A stretch of 64,000 bases of DNA from Gammaproteobacteria bacterium (GTDB lineage: Bacteria; Pseudomonadota; Gammaproteobacteria; CBDBNL01; JAAOII01): the NCBI GenBank assembly GCA_965209035.1, contig OZ242372.1, forward strand, positions 1,856,001 through 1,920,000, given 5' to 3'. Shown one piece after another: positions 19,909 through 29,987 of the stretch (its first letter is position 1; every line of letters begins with the position of its first letter). Both the position numbers and the translations under genes were made by a program. The notes beneath the pieces were generated by a model that saw nothing but the letters and a program-made list of their open reading frames with translations, searched no databases and had not been told where the DNA came from.

Positions 19909-20490
19909 TTACTTCATTCTTTGGGCAACGTACTCCCAGTTCACCAGGTTCCAAATATGTTGCAGGTATTCCGGCCGCCGATTGCGGTAGTCCACATAAT
20001 AGGCATGCTCCCAAACATCGACGCCAAACAAGGCGTTTTTGCCGTTACGCAAAGGGTTATCGGCGTTGGAGCAACTCATTAACTCCAACTTGCCATCCGT
20101 GTTTTGTGCCAGCCATGCCCAGCCGGCACCAAAAGTATTCGCACCGCAGGCTTCAAACGCTTCTTTGAATTGATCCAAACCGCCAAAATCGCGGGCAATG
20201 GCGTCCGCAAGATTCCCCTGAGGTTCGCCACCGCCGTTTGGGGCGAGCATTTTCCAAAATTCACAGTGATTCCAGTGTTGGCCGCCGTTATTGAAAATAG
20301 GCCCCGCAGGTGCCTTTTGAACGAGTTCTTCGAGACCCATATTCTCATACTCCGTCCCTTTGATGAGAGCGTTGAGTTTGGTTACATAGGTTTGATGATG
20401 TTTGGTATGATGCAGCTGCATTGTTTCCTCCGAAATATGAGGAGCAAGAGCCGAATGTGCATAGCCAAGTTCGGGTAATTTGTGTTCCAT
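19909..20490 (-). CDS. sodB: Superoxide dismutase (Fe-type residue pattern)
   Basis: HHTKHHQTY, FNNGGQHWNH, FG.GWAWL, DVWEHAYY.DY. Confidence 0.92.
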   Translation of the reverse strand: MEHKLPELGYAHSALAPHISEETMQLHHTKHHQTYVTKLNALIKGTEYENMGLEELVQKAPAGPIFNNGGQHWNHCEFWKMLAPNGGGEPQGNLADAIARDFGGLDQFKEAFEACGANTFGAGWAWLAQNTDGKLELMSCSNADNPLRNGKNALFGVDVWEHAYYVDYRNRRPEYLQHIWNLVNWEYVAQRMK

Positions 20491-20731
20491 AATAATAAGT
20501 TTCTCTTGTAGTTGATAAAAATAATTAAATAAGTAGTATTATTATAACCGAATGTATTGGCAATTCGAGTAATCTTGCCCATTCTTTGAAGGGGATTCAT
20601 CGGGTTTTGTATTTGCTCCAATATTTATTTTGTTTGTTTTAAGGTTTGTTTGCCGCACCAAAAGTTCAAATTTAATCGCAGCATAATAAAATAACAAAGA
20701 TGTTCGTTACATTCTTAAAAAATATGGAAAT

Positions 20732-22015
20732 ATGAAACGATTGATCATCACTATATTAGTTCCGGTTACATCTGTTATAGTACTCGCTTCCCTTGTATTG
20801 TTTTATTCTATCTTGGAGAGCAATAGGATTTTTGTCGGGCAGTATTTGGGCAACAAACTCAAGCATACGGAAGTTCGGAAAATATTTGACGAATTTGAAA
20901 CACAGAGCAATGTCCGATTACAATACAAGTTCTTTTCAAGTAAGGGGGGTGTTCAAAAAGATATTTCAAAAAAGAGGTTGCGGGATGTTTTAATTTACTC
21001 GGCGGGGGTGCGAACAGAGGAACTTGCGGCCGCCGAACGCCTGCTGCCGACAGAGGCTCTGTGGGAAAAATATAAGTTGGACGCTCTTGTCCCCCGGCCG
21101 CTTGCTGCCGTCGGTTTCTATCAAGGCAAACGTTATATGATCCCGTTTGGTTATCATTATTCGGGTATTTTCTACAACATCAAGTTAATGCAAGAAACCG
21201 GTCGGAGCGGACTGCGGGGTACCCGGAATACTCCGGATACTTGGACCCAATTTTTGAATGCCTGCGCCGGATTAAAGTCCAAGGGGATTACGCCGTTTTT
21301 AATTGATGTCCGGGACACGCATTCCGCCCAACTCTGGTTTGACTACATCATTGCCCGCACAGTCGGCGCCGAATTCAGAGAAAGACTAATGAACGGAAAG
21401 ATTTCCTATGCGAACAGGCGGGTGCGCGAAGCGATGTTTTTTTGGCGTGATTTAATAGATTATGATTGTTTTGAGTTGCACCGCGGTTCCGGTGATTTCA
21501 CCGAGGTTGCCGCAAAGGTCGCTCGGGGCAAGGTGGCAATGATCCTGACCGATAGCCGGGTGATTAACTATTGGGATGGCATTGAATTTAAGCAAGGCAC
21601 CGATTACAAATTTTTCCCGTTTCCGTCCATGAGCAGGCATGGGTCGCGTGCGACTGTGGGCTCGGTCGGCGGCTGGCTTGTTTCCGCGGATGTCCGTAAT
21701 AAGAAAAGAATGGAAGACTTCTTATCTTATGTTGCGGCCGATGCCGATACGCAACTGCAATGGAGTCGGGCTGTGGGCATGACCCTGGCGGTTCACCCGC
21801 TGGCAGGCGAAACAGCTTATTCGGATATGAACAAACGAGCCAAAAGAATAGTCGCAAGATCCGATGTTTTTTTACTTAATTATGAACAATCCACACCGTC
21901 TGCGGTTGCCGAGATCGGTCTTTCAATGTTCGGAGAATTCTTGGAAGAACCAAGTGAGTTACATTCTATTTTGGACGAAGCCGCCAAAAAGATTGAAGCG
22001 GAGTTTAAAAAATGA
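20732..22015 (+). CDS. ABC transporter extracellular solute-binding protein (carbohydrate-type), no adjacent permease
   Basis: N-terminal anchor; GKRYMIPF, IFYN..L, P.TW..FL.AC..LK..GI.P, G..AM and FPFP motifs. Confidence 0.75.
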   Translation: MKRLIITILVPVTSVIVLASLVLFYSILESNRIFVGQYLGNKLKHTEVRKIFDEFETQSNVRLQYKFFSSKGGVQKDISKKRLRDVLIYSAGVRTEELAAAERLLPTEALWEKYKLDALVPRPLAAVGFYQGKRYMIPFGYHYSGIFYNIKLMQETGRSGLRGTRNTPDTWTQFLNACAGLKSKGITPFLIDVRDTHSAQLWFDYIIARTVGAEFRERLMNGKISYANRRVREAMFFWRDLIDYDCFELHRGSGDFTEVAAKVARGKVAMILTDSRVINYWDGIEFKQGTDYKFFPFPSMSRHGSRATVGSVGGWLVSADVRNKKRMEDFLSYVAADADTQLQWSRAVGMTLAVHPLAGETAYSDMNKRAKRIVARSDVFLLNYEQSTPSAVAEIGLSMFGEFLEEPSELHSILDEAAKKIEAEFKK

Positions 22016-22023
22016 CAGGGTGT

Positions 22024-22103
22024 ACAATCTGTCCGCAACTGTCCCGGGTAAAGACCGAATATGTCCGCCAGAGGAATGGCAGTATCTTCCAATGGTGTTA
22101 TAA
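22024..22103 (+). repeat. 80-bp direct repeat, left copy (putative long target-site duplication)
   Basis: Aligns without gaps to 28825-28904 with 8 mismatches by manual count; abuts the left terminal inverted repeat. Confidence 0.9.
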
Positions 22104-22143
22104 CTTGACTTCGGAAAGAATTTTTTAGATTTTTAAAAACTCT

Positions 22144-22208
22144 TGTATGATCCCACCGATTTTCGGACTTTTGTTGTTTTTGTAAAAACCGGATCGGCGA
22201 GAGTTGTT
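22144..22208 (+). repeat. 65-bp direct repeat, left copy, bracketing the adhesin gene
   Basis: TGTATGATCCCACC...GGATCGGCGAGAGTTGTT; matches 27853-27917 with 3 mismatches. Confidence 0.9.
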
Positions 22209-22422
22209 AAGGGAAAAACGCGTATCAGCCGGCATAAAAGACCCGGGTGCCTGCCCATAGATTTCGAATAACAGAGATGAGAGGCAGAGACTAAGAATAA
22301 GTTGGAAGTTGGGCCGGCAGCCGTCTTATTTGTCGTGCTCTGCCTTGCCTCGTCCTGTCCCGCCCCGATCTGCCGGTCCGTTCCGGGGCTTCCCGCTTGC
22401 CGGCCTCTCTTACCGGCCCCTC

Positions 22423-25400
22423 TTACCGGCCTTGAGCCGAAAGGCCGCCCGGCAGGCAGTTCAGAGCCGGGTATTGGCTGCTCGTGCCGAGATCCCAGAC
22501 GCGGATGAAACCGAGTGGTTGGGAAGAACTTGTCATTTCCTCGCCCGTGTTCGGGTTGCACCAAGCATTGCCCCAGTCGGCATAGATGCTCCCGGCAAAG
22601 TCGGTCGGCGATTGCAATGCTGTCGTGTTATGACCCTCACCGAAATTACCGTCACTCATAGACTGCATGGTGGTTTGATTGTCCCAATAGGTGGCAATGA
22701 CATTGGTCTCAATATTGGCGCTGCCGATCAATCCGCCGACAGTACCCTCACCTGAAACAAGCCGGGGGCGGCATAAGAATAATTAATTTGAGCTTTTTCT
22801 CCATACCCAACCAGGCCGCCAGCAGCACCATAAGTCTCGCCGCCGCTCCCGGAAACAATTCCGCCGCGCACATAGGCATAGCGAATATCCGCATTCCTAC
22901 CAAACCCAACCAGGCCGCCAACATGAACAAGCCCGGAAACATTTCCGCCGGACACGGACGCATAGCGAATATCCGCACCCTCACCACGCCCAACCAGGCC
23001 GCCAACATAATCCCCGGAAATATCCACACCGGACACGAACGCATAGCGAATATCCGCATTTAGACCATACCCAACCAGGCCGCCAGCTCTATTCTCGAAA
23101 GCATTCCCGGCAACACTTCCGCCGGACACGGACGCATAGCGAATATCCGCATTCTCACCATACCCAACCAGGCCGCCCACACCCACATTAGTGGCATTGC
23201 CTCTGACATCCGCATTCAAGAGATGCAGATTTTGGATATCGCCGGTTAAGGCACCAAACAACCCCACTCCATAGGCAGTATTGTTCGCAGAGATGAACAG
23301 ATCGGCAATACGATAACCCCCGCCGTCAAAGATTCCGGTATAAGAGGTGCAAACATCCACAGCGGAACAAGAGCCGATCGGCTGCCAACCGCTGTCGCTG
23401 AGATTCGTCCAAACAACTTGATTGCCACTGCCCGCGGCATAGGAAGCATCATCACTAAAATTGAACGAGCGAGTTAATTCATAACCCACACAGCCGCCGT
23501 CATCGTCATCCGGGCAGCCCATAGAGCCCACAGAGGTGATCTCGGGGATACGGTCATCATCCTCACCATCGCCGTTCAGATCATCGCGCAGCCGCGCCAA
23601 GTCATCCAAAGTGTGGATCTCTATCAAGCCATTATTATTGTCATCCACATCCTCATCGTTATCCCGACAACCGTCACGGTCATCGTCCGTCCCCGCCGAA
23701 GAAGTCCAGCCGGTAACACCGGTCGGACAAGTATCCGCAAGATCCTCCACACCGTCATTGTCATCGTCATCATCACAGGCATCACCGCCGTCAGCCGCAT
23801 TGTCCGTGTTGGCTTGGTCCGCATTGGCAACCAACGGACAATTATCGTTATCATCATCCCTATCGTCATTGTCATCGTCATCATCACAGGCATCACCGCC
23901 GTCATCCACATTATCCGTGTTGGCTTGGCCCGCATTGGCAACCAACGGACAATTATCGATCGGATCCAGCACGCCATCATTGTCATCGTCCGGATCTTCA
24001 TCTGTGTCGCGACAGCCGTCACCGTCATGGTCCGCGGACGCATTGGAAGTCCAGCCGGTAACACCGGTTGGGCAAGTATCCGCAAGATCCTCCACACCGT
24101 CATTGTCATCGTCCGGATCTTCTATTAAGGTGGTATTCACATCGGTCGTGCAGGCGGCAGATAATCTGTCCGGCATGCCGTCCTCATCCGTGTCGGCACT
24201 CGCACAGGCATCCGTCGGAAACGCATCTACGTCATTCAAGGTATCATCATCGTCAATATCTGTGCCTACACCCGCATCCGCTCCCGTTGTGCCAGACACA
24301 GGAGGTGAGGTCACGATAGTGCCGCTCTCATAACGCACCGCAATCGTGATGTTGTAGGCGGTGTTATTGGTTAAGCCCGTAATGTTGTAGATGACCCGAA
24401 CAAGAGGCGCAACATCCGCCACGGTAGAATTAAGTTCTTTTCTGCCGCCATCGCTCGCATCGTCACTGCGTGTGGTAATAACGAACCTGTCGATATTATC
24501 CGCAGCCGGATTAGTCCAACCCACGAGAATATAATCCGCACCGGCCAGAGTCTGGATATTGGAAACAGCCGGGGAATTCTGAGGAGCGGGAAGGCCTCCC
24601 GGCAGGCAGTTCAGGGTCGGGTATTGGCTGCTCGTGCCGAGATCCCAGACGCGGATGAAACCGAGCGGTTGGGAAGAACTTGTCATTTCCTCGCCGGTGT
24701 TCGGGTTGCACCAGAAGTTGCCCCAGTCGGCATAGATTCCCGTGAAGTCGGTCGGCGATTGTAAGGCTGTCGTGTTATGACCCTCGCCCAAATTACCGGC
24801 ACTCATAGACTGCATGGTGGTTTGATTGTCCCAATAAGTGGCAATGACATCGGTGCCACTATTGGTGATGCCGATCAATCCACCGACAGCACCGGAACCT
24901 GAAACAAGCCCGGGGGCGGCATAAGAATAATTAATTTGAGCTTCTTCCCCATACCCAACCAGGCCGCCAACAGAATTACCCGCATTGTCCTCGCCAACAA
25001 AACTCCCGGAAACACTTCCGCCGGACACGGACGCATAGCGAATATCCGCCCTTCCACCAAACCCAACCAGCCCGCCAGCATAAAAACCTGCCCCGGAAAC
25101 ATTCACACCGGACACGGACGCATAGCGAATATCCGCATTCTCACCATACCCAACCAGGCCGCCAACAAAACTCCCGGCAACACTTCCGCCGGACACGGAC
25201 GCATAGCGAATATCCGCATTTGCACCATTCCCAGCTAGGCCGCCGGCAACATTCCCGGCAACACTTCCGCCGGACACGGACGCATAGCGAATATCCGCAT
25301 CCTGACCATTCCCAACCAGGCCGCCGGCAATACTCCCGGAAACACTTCCGCCGGACACGGACGCATTGTGAATATCCGCATTCTCACCAAACCCAACCAG

Positions 25401-27740
25401 ACCACCGGCAACATTTAGGCGAAATATATTCACGCCGCTAACAAGACGACTCGCCCCGGAAACATTCACACCGTACACGGACGCATAGCGAATATCCGCA
25501 TCCTGACCATTCCCAACCAGGCCGCCGGCAGCAATAATCCCGGCAACACTTCCGCCGGACACGGACGCATAGCGAATATCTGCCCTTCCACCATTCCCAA
25601 CCAGGCCGCCGGCAACAAACCCGGAAACACTTCCGCCGGACATGGACGCATTGCGAATATCCGCATCCTCACCATACCCAACCAGGCCGCCAACAGCATC
25701 ACTCCCGGAAACACTTCCGCCGGACACGGACGCATTGTGAATAGACGCATTCCTGCCATTCCCAACCAGGCCGCCCACATCAGCGGCACCACCACTGACA
25801 TCTGCATTCCGGAGATGCAGATTTTGAATATCGCCGGTTAAGGCACCAAACAACCCCACTCCATAGGCAGTATCGCTCGCAGAGATGAACAGATCTGCAA
25901 TACGATAACCCCTGCCGTCAAAGATTCCGGTATAAGAGGTGCAAACATCCACAGCGGAACAAGAGCCGATCGGCTGCCAACCGCTGCCGGTTGTCCAGAC
26001 AGTCGGGTTGCCACTGCCCGCGGCATAGGAATCATCATCACTAAAATTGAACGAGCGAGTTAATTCATAACCCATACAGCCGCCGTCATCGCCATCCGGG
26101 CAGCCCATAGAACCCACAGAGGTGATCTCGGGGATACGGCCATCATCCGTCCCATCGCCGTTCAGATCATCGCGCAGCCGCGCCAAGTCATCCAAAGTAT
26201 GGATCTCGATCAAGCCATTATTATTGTCATCCACATCCTCATCGTTATCCCGACAACCGTCACGGTCATCGTCCGTCCCCGCCAAAGAAGTCCAGCCGGT
26301 AACACCGGTTGGGCAAGTATCCGCAAGATCCCCCACACCGTCATTGTCATCGTCATCATCACAGGCATCACCGCCGTCAGCCGCATTGTCCGTGTTGGCT
26401 TGGTCCGCATTGGCAACCAACGGACAATTATCGTTCGGATCCGCCTCGCCGTCATTGTCATCGTCCGAATCTTCATCTGTGTCGCGACAGCCGTCACCGT
26501 CATGGTCCGCGGACGCATTGGAAGTCCAGCCGGTAACACCGGTTGGGCAAGTATCCGCAAGATCCTCCACACCGTCATTGTCATCGTCATCATCACAGGC
26601 ATCACCGCCGTCAGCCGCATTGTCCGTGTTGGCTTGGTCCGCATTGGCAACCAACGGACAATTATCGTTCGGATCCGCCTCGCCGTCATTGTCATCGTCC
26701 GGATCTTCTATTAAGGTGGTATTCACATCGGTCCTGCAGCCGGCAGATAAGCTGTCCGGATTGCCGTCCTCATCCGTATCGGTGCTCGCACAGGCATCCG
26801 TCGGAAACGCATCGTCCGTATCCGCCACGCCATCATTGTCATCGTCCGGATCTTCTGTTAAGTTGATATTCACACCGGTCGTGCAGGTGGCAGATAAGCT
26901 GTCCGGATTGCCGTCCTCATCCGTATCGGTACTCGCACAGGCATCTGTCCGGAACGCATCGACCGTATCCGCCACGCCATCATTGTCATCGTCCGGATCT
27001 TCTGTTAAGGTAGTATTCACACCGGTCGTGCAACCGGCAGATAAGCTGTCCGGCTTGCCGTCATTATCCGTGTCGGCACTCGCACAGGCATCCGTCGGAA
27101 ACGCATCTACGTCATTCAAGGTATCATCATCGTCAATATCTGTGCCTACACCCGCATCCGCTCCCGTTGTGCCAGACACAGGAGGTGAGGCCCTCCCGAT
27201 AATGCCGTTCTTATAACGCACCGCAATCGTGATGTGATAGGTGATGTCATTGGTTAAGCCCGTAATGTTGTAGATGACCCGAGCAAGCGGCGCAACATCC
27301 GCCGCGGTAGAATTAAGTTCTTTTGTTATGCCACCATCGCTCGCATCGTCACGGCGTATGGTAATAACGAACCCGTCGATATTATCCGGATCCGGATTAG
27401 TCCAACCCACGAGAATATGATCCTCACCGACCAGAGTCTGGGTATTGGAAACAGCCGGGGAATTCTGAGGAGCGGGATCGCCCGGGGAATTCTGAGGAGC
27501 GGGATCGCCGCCGCCACCGCCGCCACAACCTGTCAGGACCAAACCGAACATACCCGCCAGCAGCACACCGTAAAAACGAGCCGGTATGCGCATCCGTCGT
27601 GCCCTATTGGGTTCGGGAAAAGCCTTAAAGACATTAAAGGCATTAAAAGTATTATTAAGGAGACGCACAGATACCGTGCCTCTTTGTTCGCGGCGCATTG
27701 CTTTCACCGACCGCACAGGAAAAAAATTTAACTGATTCAT
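22423..27740 (-). CDS. Large repeat-rich surface lipoprotein/adhesin (FN3-like, thrombospondin type-3-like Ca-binding and GLUG-like repeats); 1-bp frameshift near the C-terminus
   Basis: Lipobox LVLTGC followed by a poly-Gly linker; W.NP...YNITGLTN...Y.I.IAV (FN3-like); DDDNDG..D..DNCP repeats; AGGLVG....ADIRYASVSGG repeats. ORFs 22728-27740 and 22423-22731 join if one C is restored at ~22762. Confidence 0.8.
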
Positions 27741-27852
27741 TATTTTCTATTGTTTATTATTGTTTTCTGTTATGATTAATGGGAATTAGATACTTTGTGA
27801 CCCATAAAAAAGTAAGTGCCATTATTATTACATTAAAAAGGAGAGTTAGAAG

Positions 27853-27917
27853 TGTATGATCCCACCTATTTTCGGACTTTTTTTATTTTTGTAAAAACCG
27901 GATCGGCGAGAGTTGTT
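27853..27917 (+). repeat. 65-bp direct repeat, right copy
   Basis: Matches 22144-22208. Confidence 0.9.
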
Positions 27918-28039
27918 TGAGAGCATAGTGGGGACGTCCGAGATGATACCAAGCCAGCCATGCGATGAACTTGGCGTTGAATGCCGGCATATCCTTTAAA
28001 CAGGAGATGCCGCACATGACAATCGAACTCTTCCCCCAA

Positions 28040-28205
28040 GGTTATTTTTTAAGGAGCGCGATTGAATCGTTCACAGCGTGCATTCATTTGCGGTTTCCCC
28101 AAAAACAACATAGTATGGGTATACCAGTGGGTGCTGCCGTTTGCTGTCACGACCCGGTGAAAGTCTTTGGCGAACTCACTGCCATTATCGGTGAGGACTT
28201 TCACT
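28040..28205 (-). pseudogene. IS481/IS3-type DDE transposase core fragment
   Basis: Manual minus-strand translation VKVLTDNGSEFAKDFH...KPQMNARCERFNR*, containing the TDNGSEF and N...ERFNR catalytic motifs. Confidence 0.75.
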
Positions 28206-28209
28206 GAGC

Positions 28210-28760
28210 ACCGCAGCAATCAACCGGGCGATGCAAGAAATCGGTCTCTATGGCGTGCAGGCCTCGGCAAATATTGACTACCAAGCCGCCCGCATTTACT
28301 ACAAACAACTGTATGCGATTGAACACGGCTTTCGGGATCTCAAAAGCGATCTGCAGATCCGACCGACCTTCCATTGGAAACCCGAGCACATTTCGCCCTC
28401 TGCTATCTGGCGTTTGCCGCCATCCGCCGCTTGCGGTATGTCTCCTCCGCCAACAAAAGCCGGCACCCACCACCGTGTGGACCACCGAAATGCTGCCGTT
28501 CACTGAGCTGGCGGACCGACCGAAGCCGCAGCAAAAAACAAGACCGAGGAAATCGTCACCACCAAGAAGATCCTCAAAGAACTGCGCAACTTCAAAGCAA
28601 CTATCCAACGCAATCCCGTCGGCAACTATTACAGCAGCCCACACCCACTCACATTAGTTTACCTTGGGGGACAGCAGTGCATTCTACAGGCCGTTCAACT
28701 AAAACCCAAACAACTTGCTCTGTTGGATCACAAACACTAAGCGCAAGCCAGGGCTGGCAA
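28210..28760 (+). pseudogene. IS1634-family transposase C-terminal remnant, frameshifted
   Basis: YKQLYAIEHGFRDLKSDLQIRPTFHW, then in a shifted frame RAHFALCYLAF. This is the Y..L..IE..FR.LK..L..RP.FH...RAH...C..A signature. Confidence 0.8.
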
Positions 28761-28824
28761 GGTATAAAAACGGCCCGCAAGCCCTTATAAGATCAAGATT
28801 TTTTAAGAAGTTTCCGAAGTCAAG

Positions 28825-28904
28825 ACAATCTGCCCGCAACTGTCCCGGGTAAAGACCGAATATGTCCGCCGGAGGAATGGCGATATCTTTCGGCGGTGTT
28901 ATAA
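28825..28904 (+). repeat. 80-bp direct repeat, right copy
   Basis: Matches 22024-22103; begins at the base after the right terminal inverted repeat. Confidence 0.9.
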
Positions 28905-28953
28905 TGAAGCTTATTAAACTTATTTTTTATTTTTATATTTTGTAAAGGAAATT

Positions 28954-29376
28954 ATGAAACTATCTTCTGTTAACTATGTGTCCGCGCTTGTTGCGGCTGT
29001 TGTGGGCTTTGTCTTTGGCTTTATATGGTATAGCCCGTTTTTGTTTGGTGATGTTTGGATGCAAGGGATGAATCTCAATCCGGAATCATTTGCTACCGAC
29101 GGGTTCGTCATTGCCATGGGCGCGAGCCTTGTTCTTAACTTAATTGTCGCGGTGGTGACGGCGGTTTTTGCAAATGCCTTGGGTTGCCGCGGCCTTGGCG
29201 GTGCTGTCTCGCTGAGTTTGTGGCTTGGCGGTGGGATCATTATCGCCAATATGATTGGCGGCTATATTTTTGTCCCCTTTGGTTGGCAAGTTGCCGCGAT
29301 AGACATTGTTTATGTCTTTTTAAGAACGGTTATTTTTTGCCTGTTTGCCTGCCTCTGGACCAAGAAGACCGCATAA
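28954..29376 (+). CDS. DUF1761-like membrane protein
   Basis: NY...LVAA...F..GFIWYSP.LFG..W motif; four hydrophobic helices; SD AAGGA upstream. Confidence 0.75.
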   Translation: MKLSSVNYVSALVAAVVGFVFGFIWYSPFLFGDVWMQGMNLNPESFATDGFVIAMGASLVLNLIVAVVTAVFANALGCRGLGGAVSLSLWLGGGIIIANMIGGYIFVPFGWQVAAIDIVYVFLRTVIFCLFACLWTKKTA

Positions 29377-29431
29377 CTTAACTTTCCGCCTTTCCCGTTC
29401 CGGGGTGCGGAGACATCGGCGAACTCCGGAT

Positions 29432-29462
29432 AAAAAGCCGTGAACTTTTCACGGCTTTTTTG
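29432..29462. terminator. Intrinsic terminator, probably bidirectional
   Basis: AAAAAGCCGTGAA-CTT-TTCACGGCTTTTT inverted repeat with A- and T-tracts. Confidence 0.75.
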
Positions 29463-29511
29463 TTACCGATGTTTTCGGTTGTAAAAGATCCTTGATAAGA
29501 GTTCATACATC

Positions 29512-29929
29512 ATGCAAAAGATTTCTCCCGACCATTCCGACGGGCTGATTCCTCCGTACGGAGGCGCATTAAAAGAGCCCTCACTTTTTTCAAAGGAAGA
29601 GGCAAAAGATACTCTGCACCGGGCATCGCGGGATAAATGGCCGCGTCTGCTACTATGACCCTTTTGCGGCACAGCAGATATTCACTTAAATTCCGCCGGA
29701 TACTTTACGGATTAAGCCGCTCAATATGGATTGGACTTTTTGGTGCTATGCTTGTGAAGGCATGGCGTCCGCCCGGAGTTGTCCGCATTCGGACAAAGAA
29801 AAACTGTTACTGTCCGGGACAAAATTGCGCGAACGACTGAGTGCGGGGGCTGAGGTGCCGCCGCAGTTTAGTCGGCCGGAGGTGTTGGATATTTTGCGTT
29901 CCTATTATGCCGGTTGTAAAAAAGCATAA
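29512..29929 (+). pseudogene. sat: Sulfate adenylyltransferase (Sat) remnant with a large internal deletion
   Basis: N-terminal GLIPPYGGALKE fused almost directly to the C-terminal YYDPFAAQQIF*...[20 protein letters not shown]...[10 protein letters not shown]...[10 protein letters not shown]; internal stop; only ~420 bp. Confidence 0.8.
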
Positions 29930-29987
29930 TTTCTTGGATAACGACAACCTCTTTATTTAAAGGAGAGACCGGTCTTTGTTCCGGCTT

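Larger units (their letters stand above)
22104..28824. mobile_element. Decayed IS1634-like element carrying an adhesin gene and an IS481-like fragment
   Basis: Perfect 14-bp terminal inverted repeats CTTGACTTCGGAAA (22104-22117) and TTTCCGAAGTCAAG (28811-28824); 80-bp flanking direct repeats; IS1634-type transposase remnant near the right end. Confidence 0.8.

Noticed and set aside
22860-25800. Regularly spaced GGACACGGACGCATAGCGAATATCCGC repeats resembling a CRISPR array or DGR
   Set aside because: They are in-frame protein repeats (ADIRYASVS) with related intervening sequence; no cas or reverse transcriptase gene in the window.
23536-27216. Long plus-strand ORFs (265 aa, 364 aa, 171 aa) over the adhesin
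   Set aside because: Antisense shadows of Asp/Gly-rich repeats; Ser- or Ile-rich translations with no motifs.
27965-28207. 80-aa plus-strand ORF inside the mobile element
   Set aside because: Antisense to the IS481-like transposase fragment on the minus strand.
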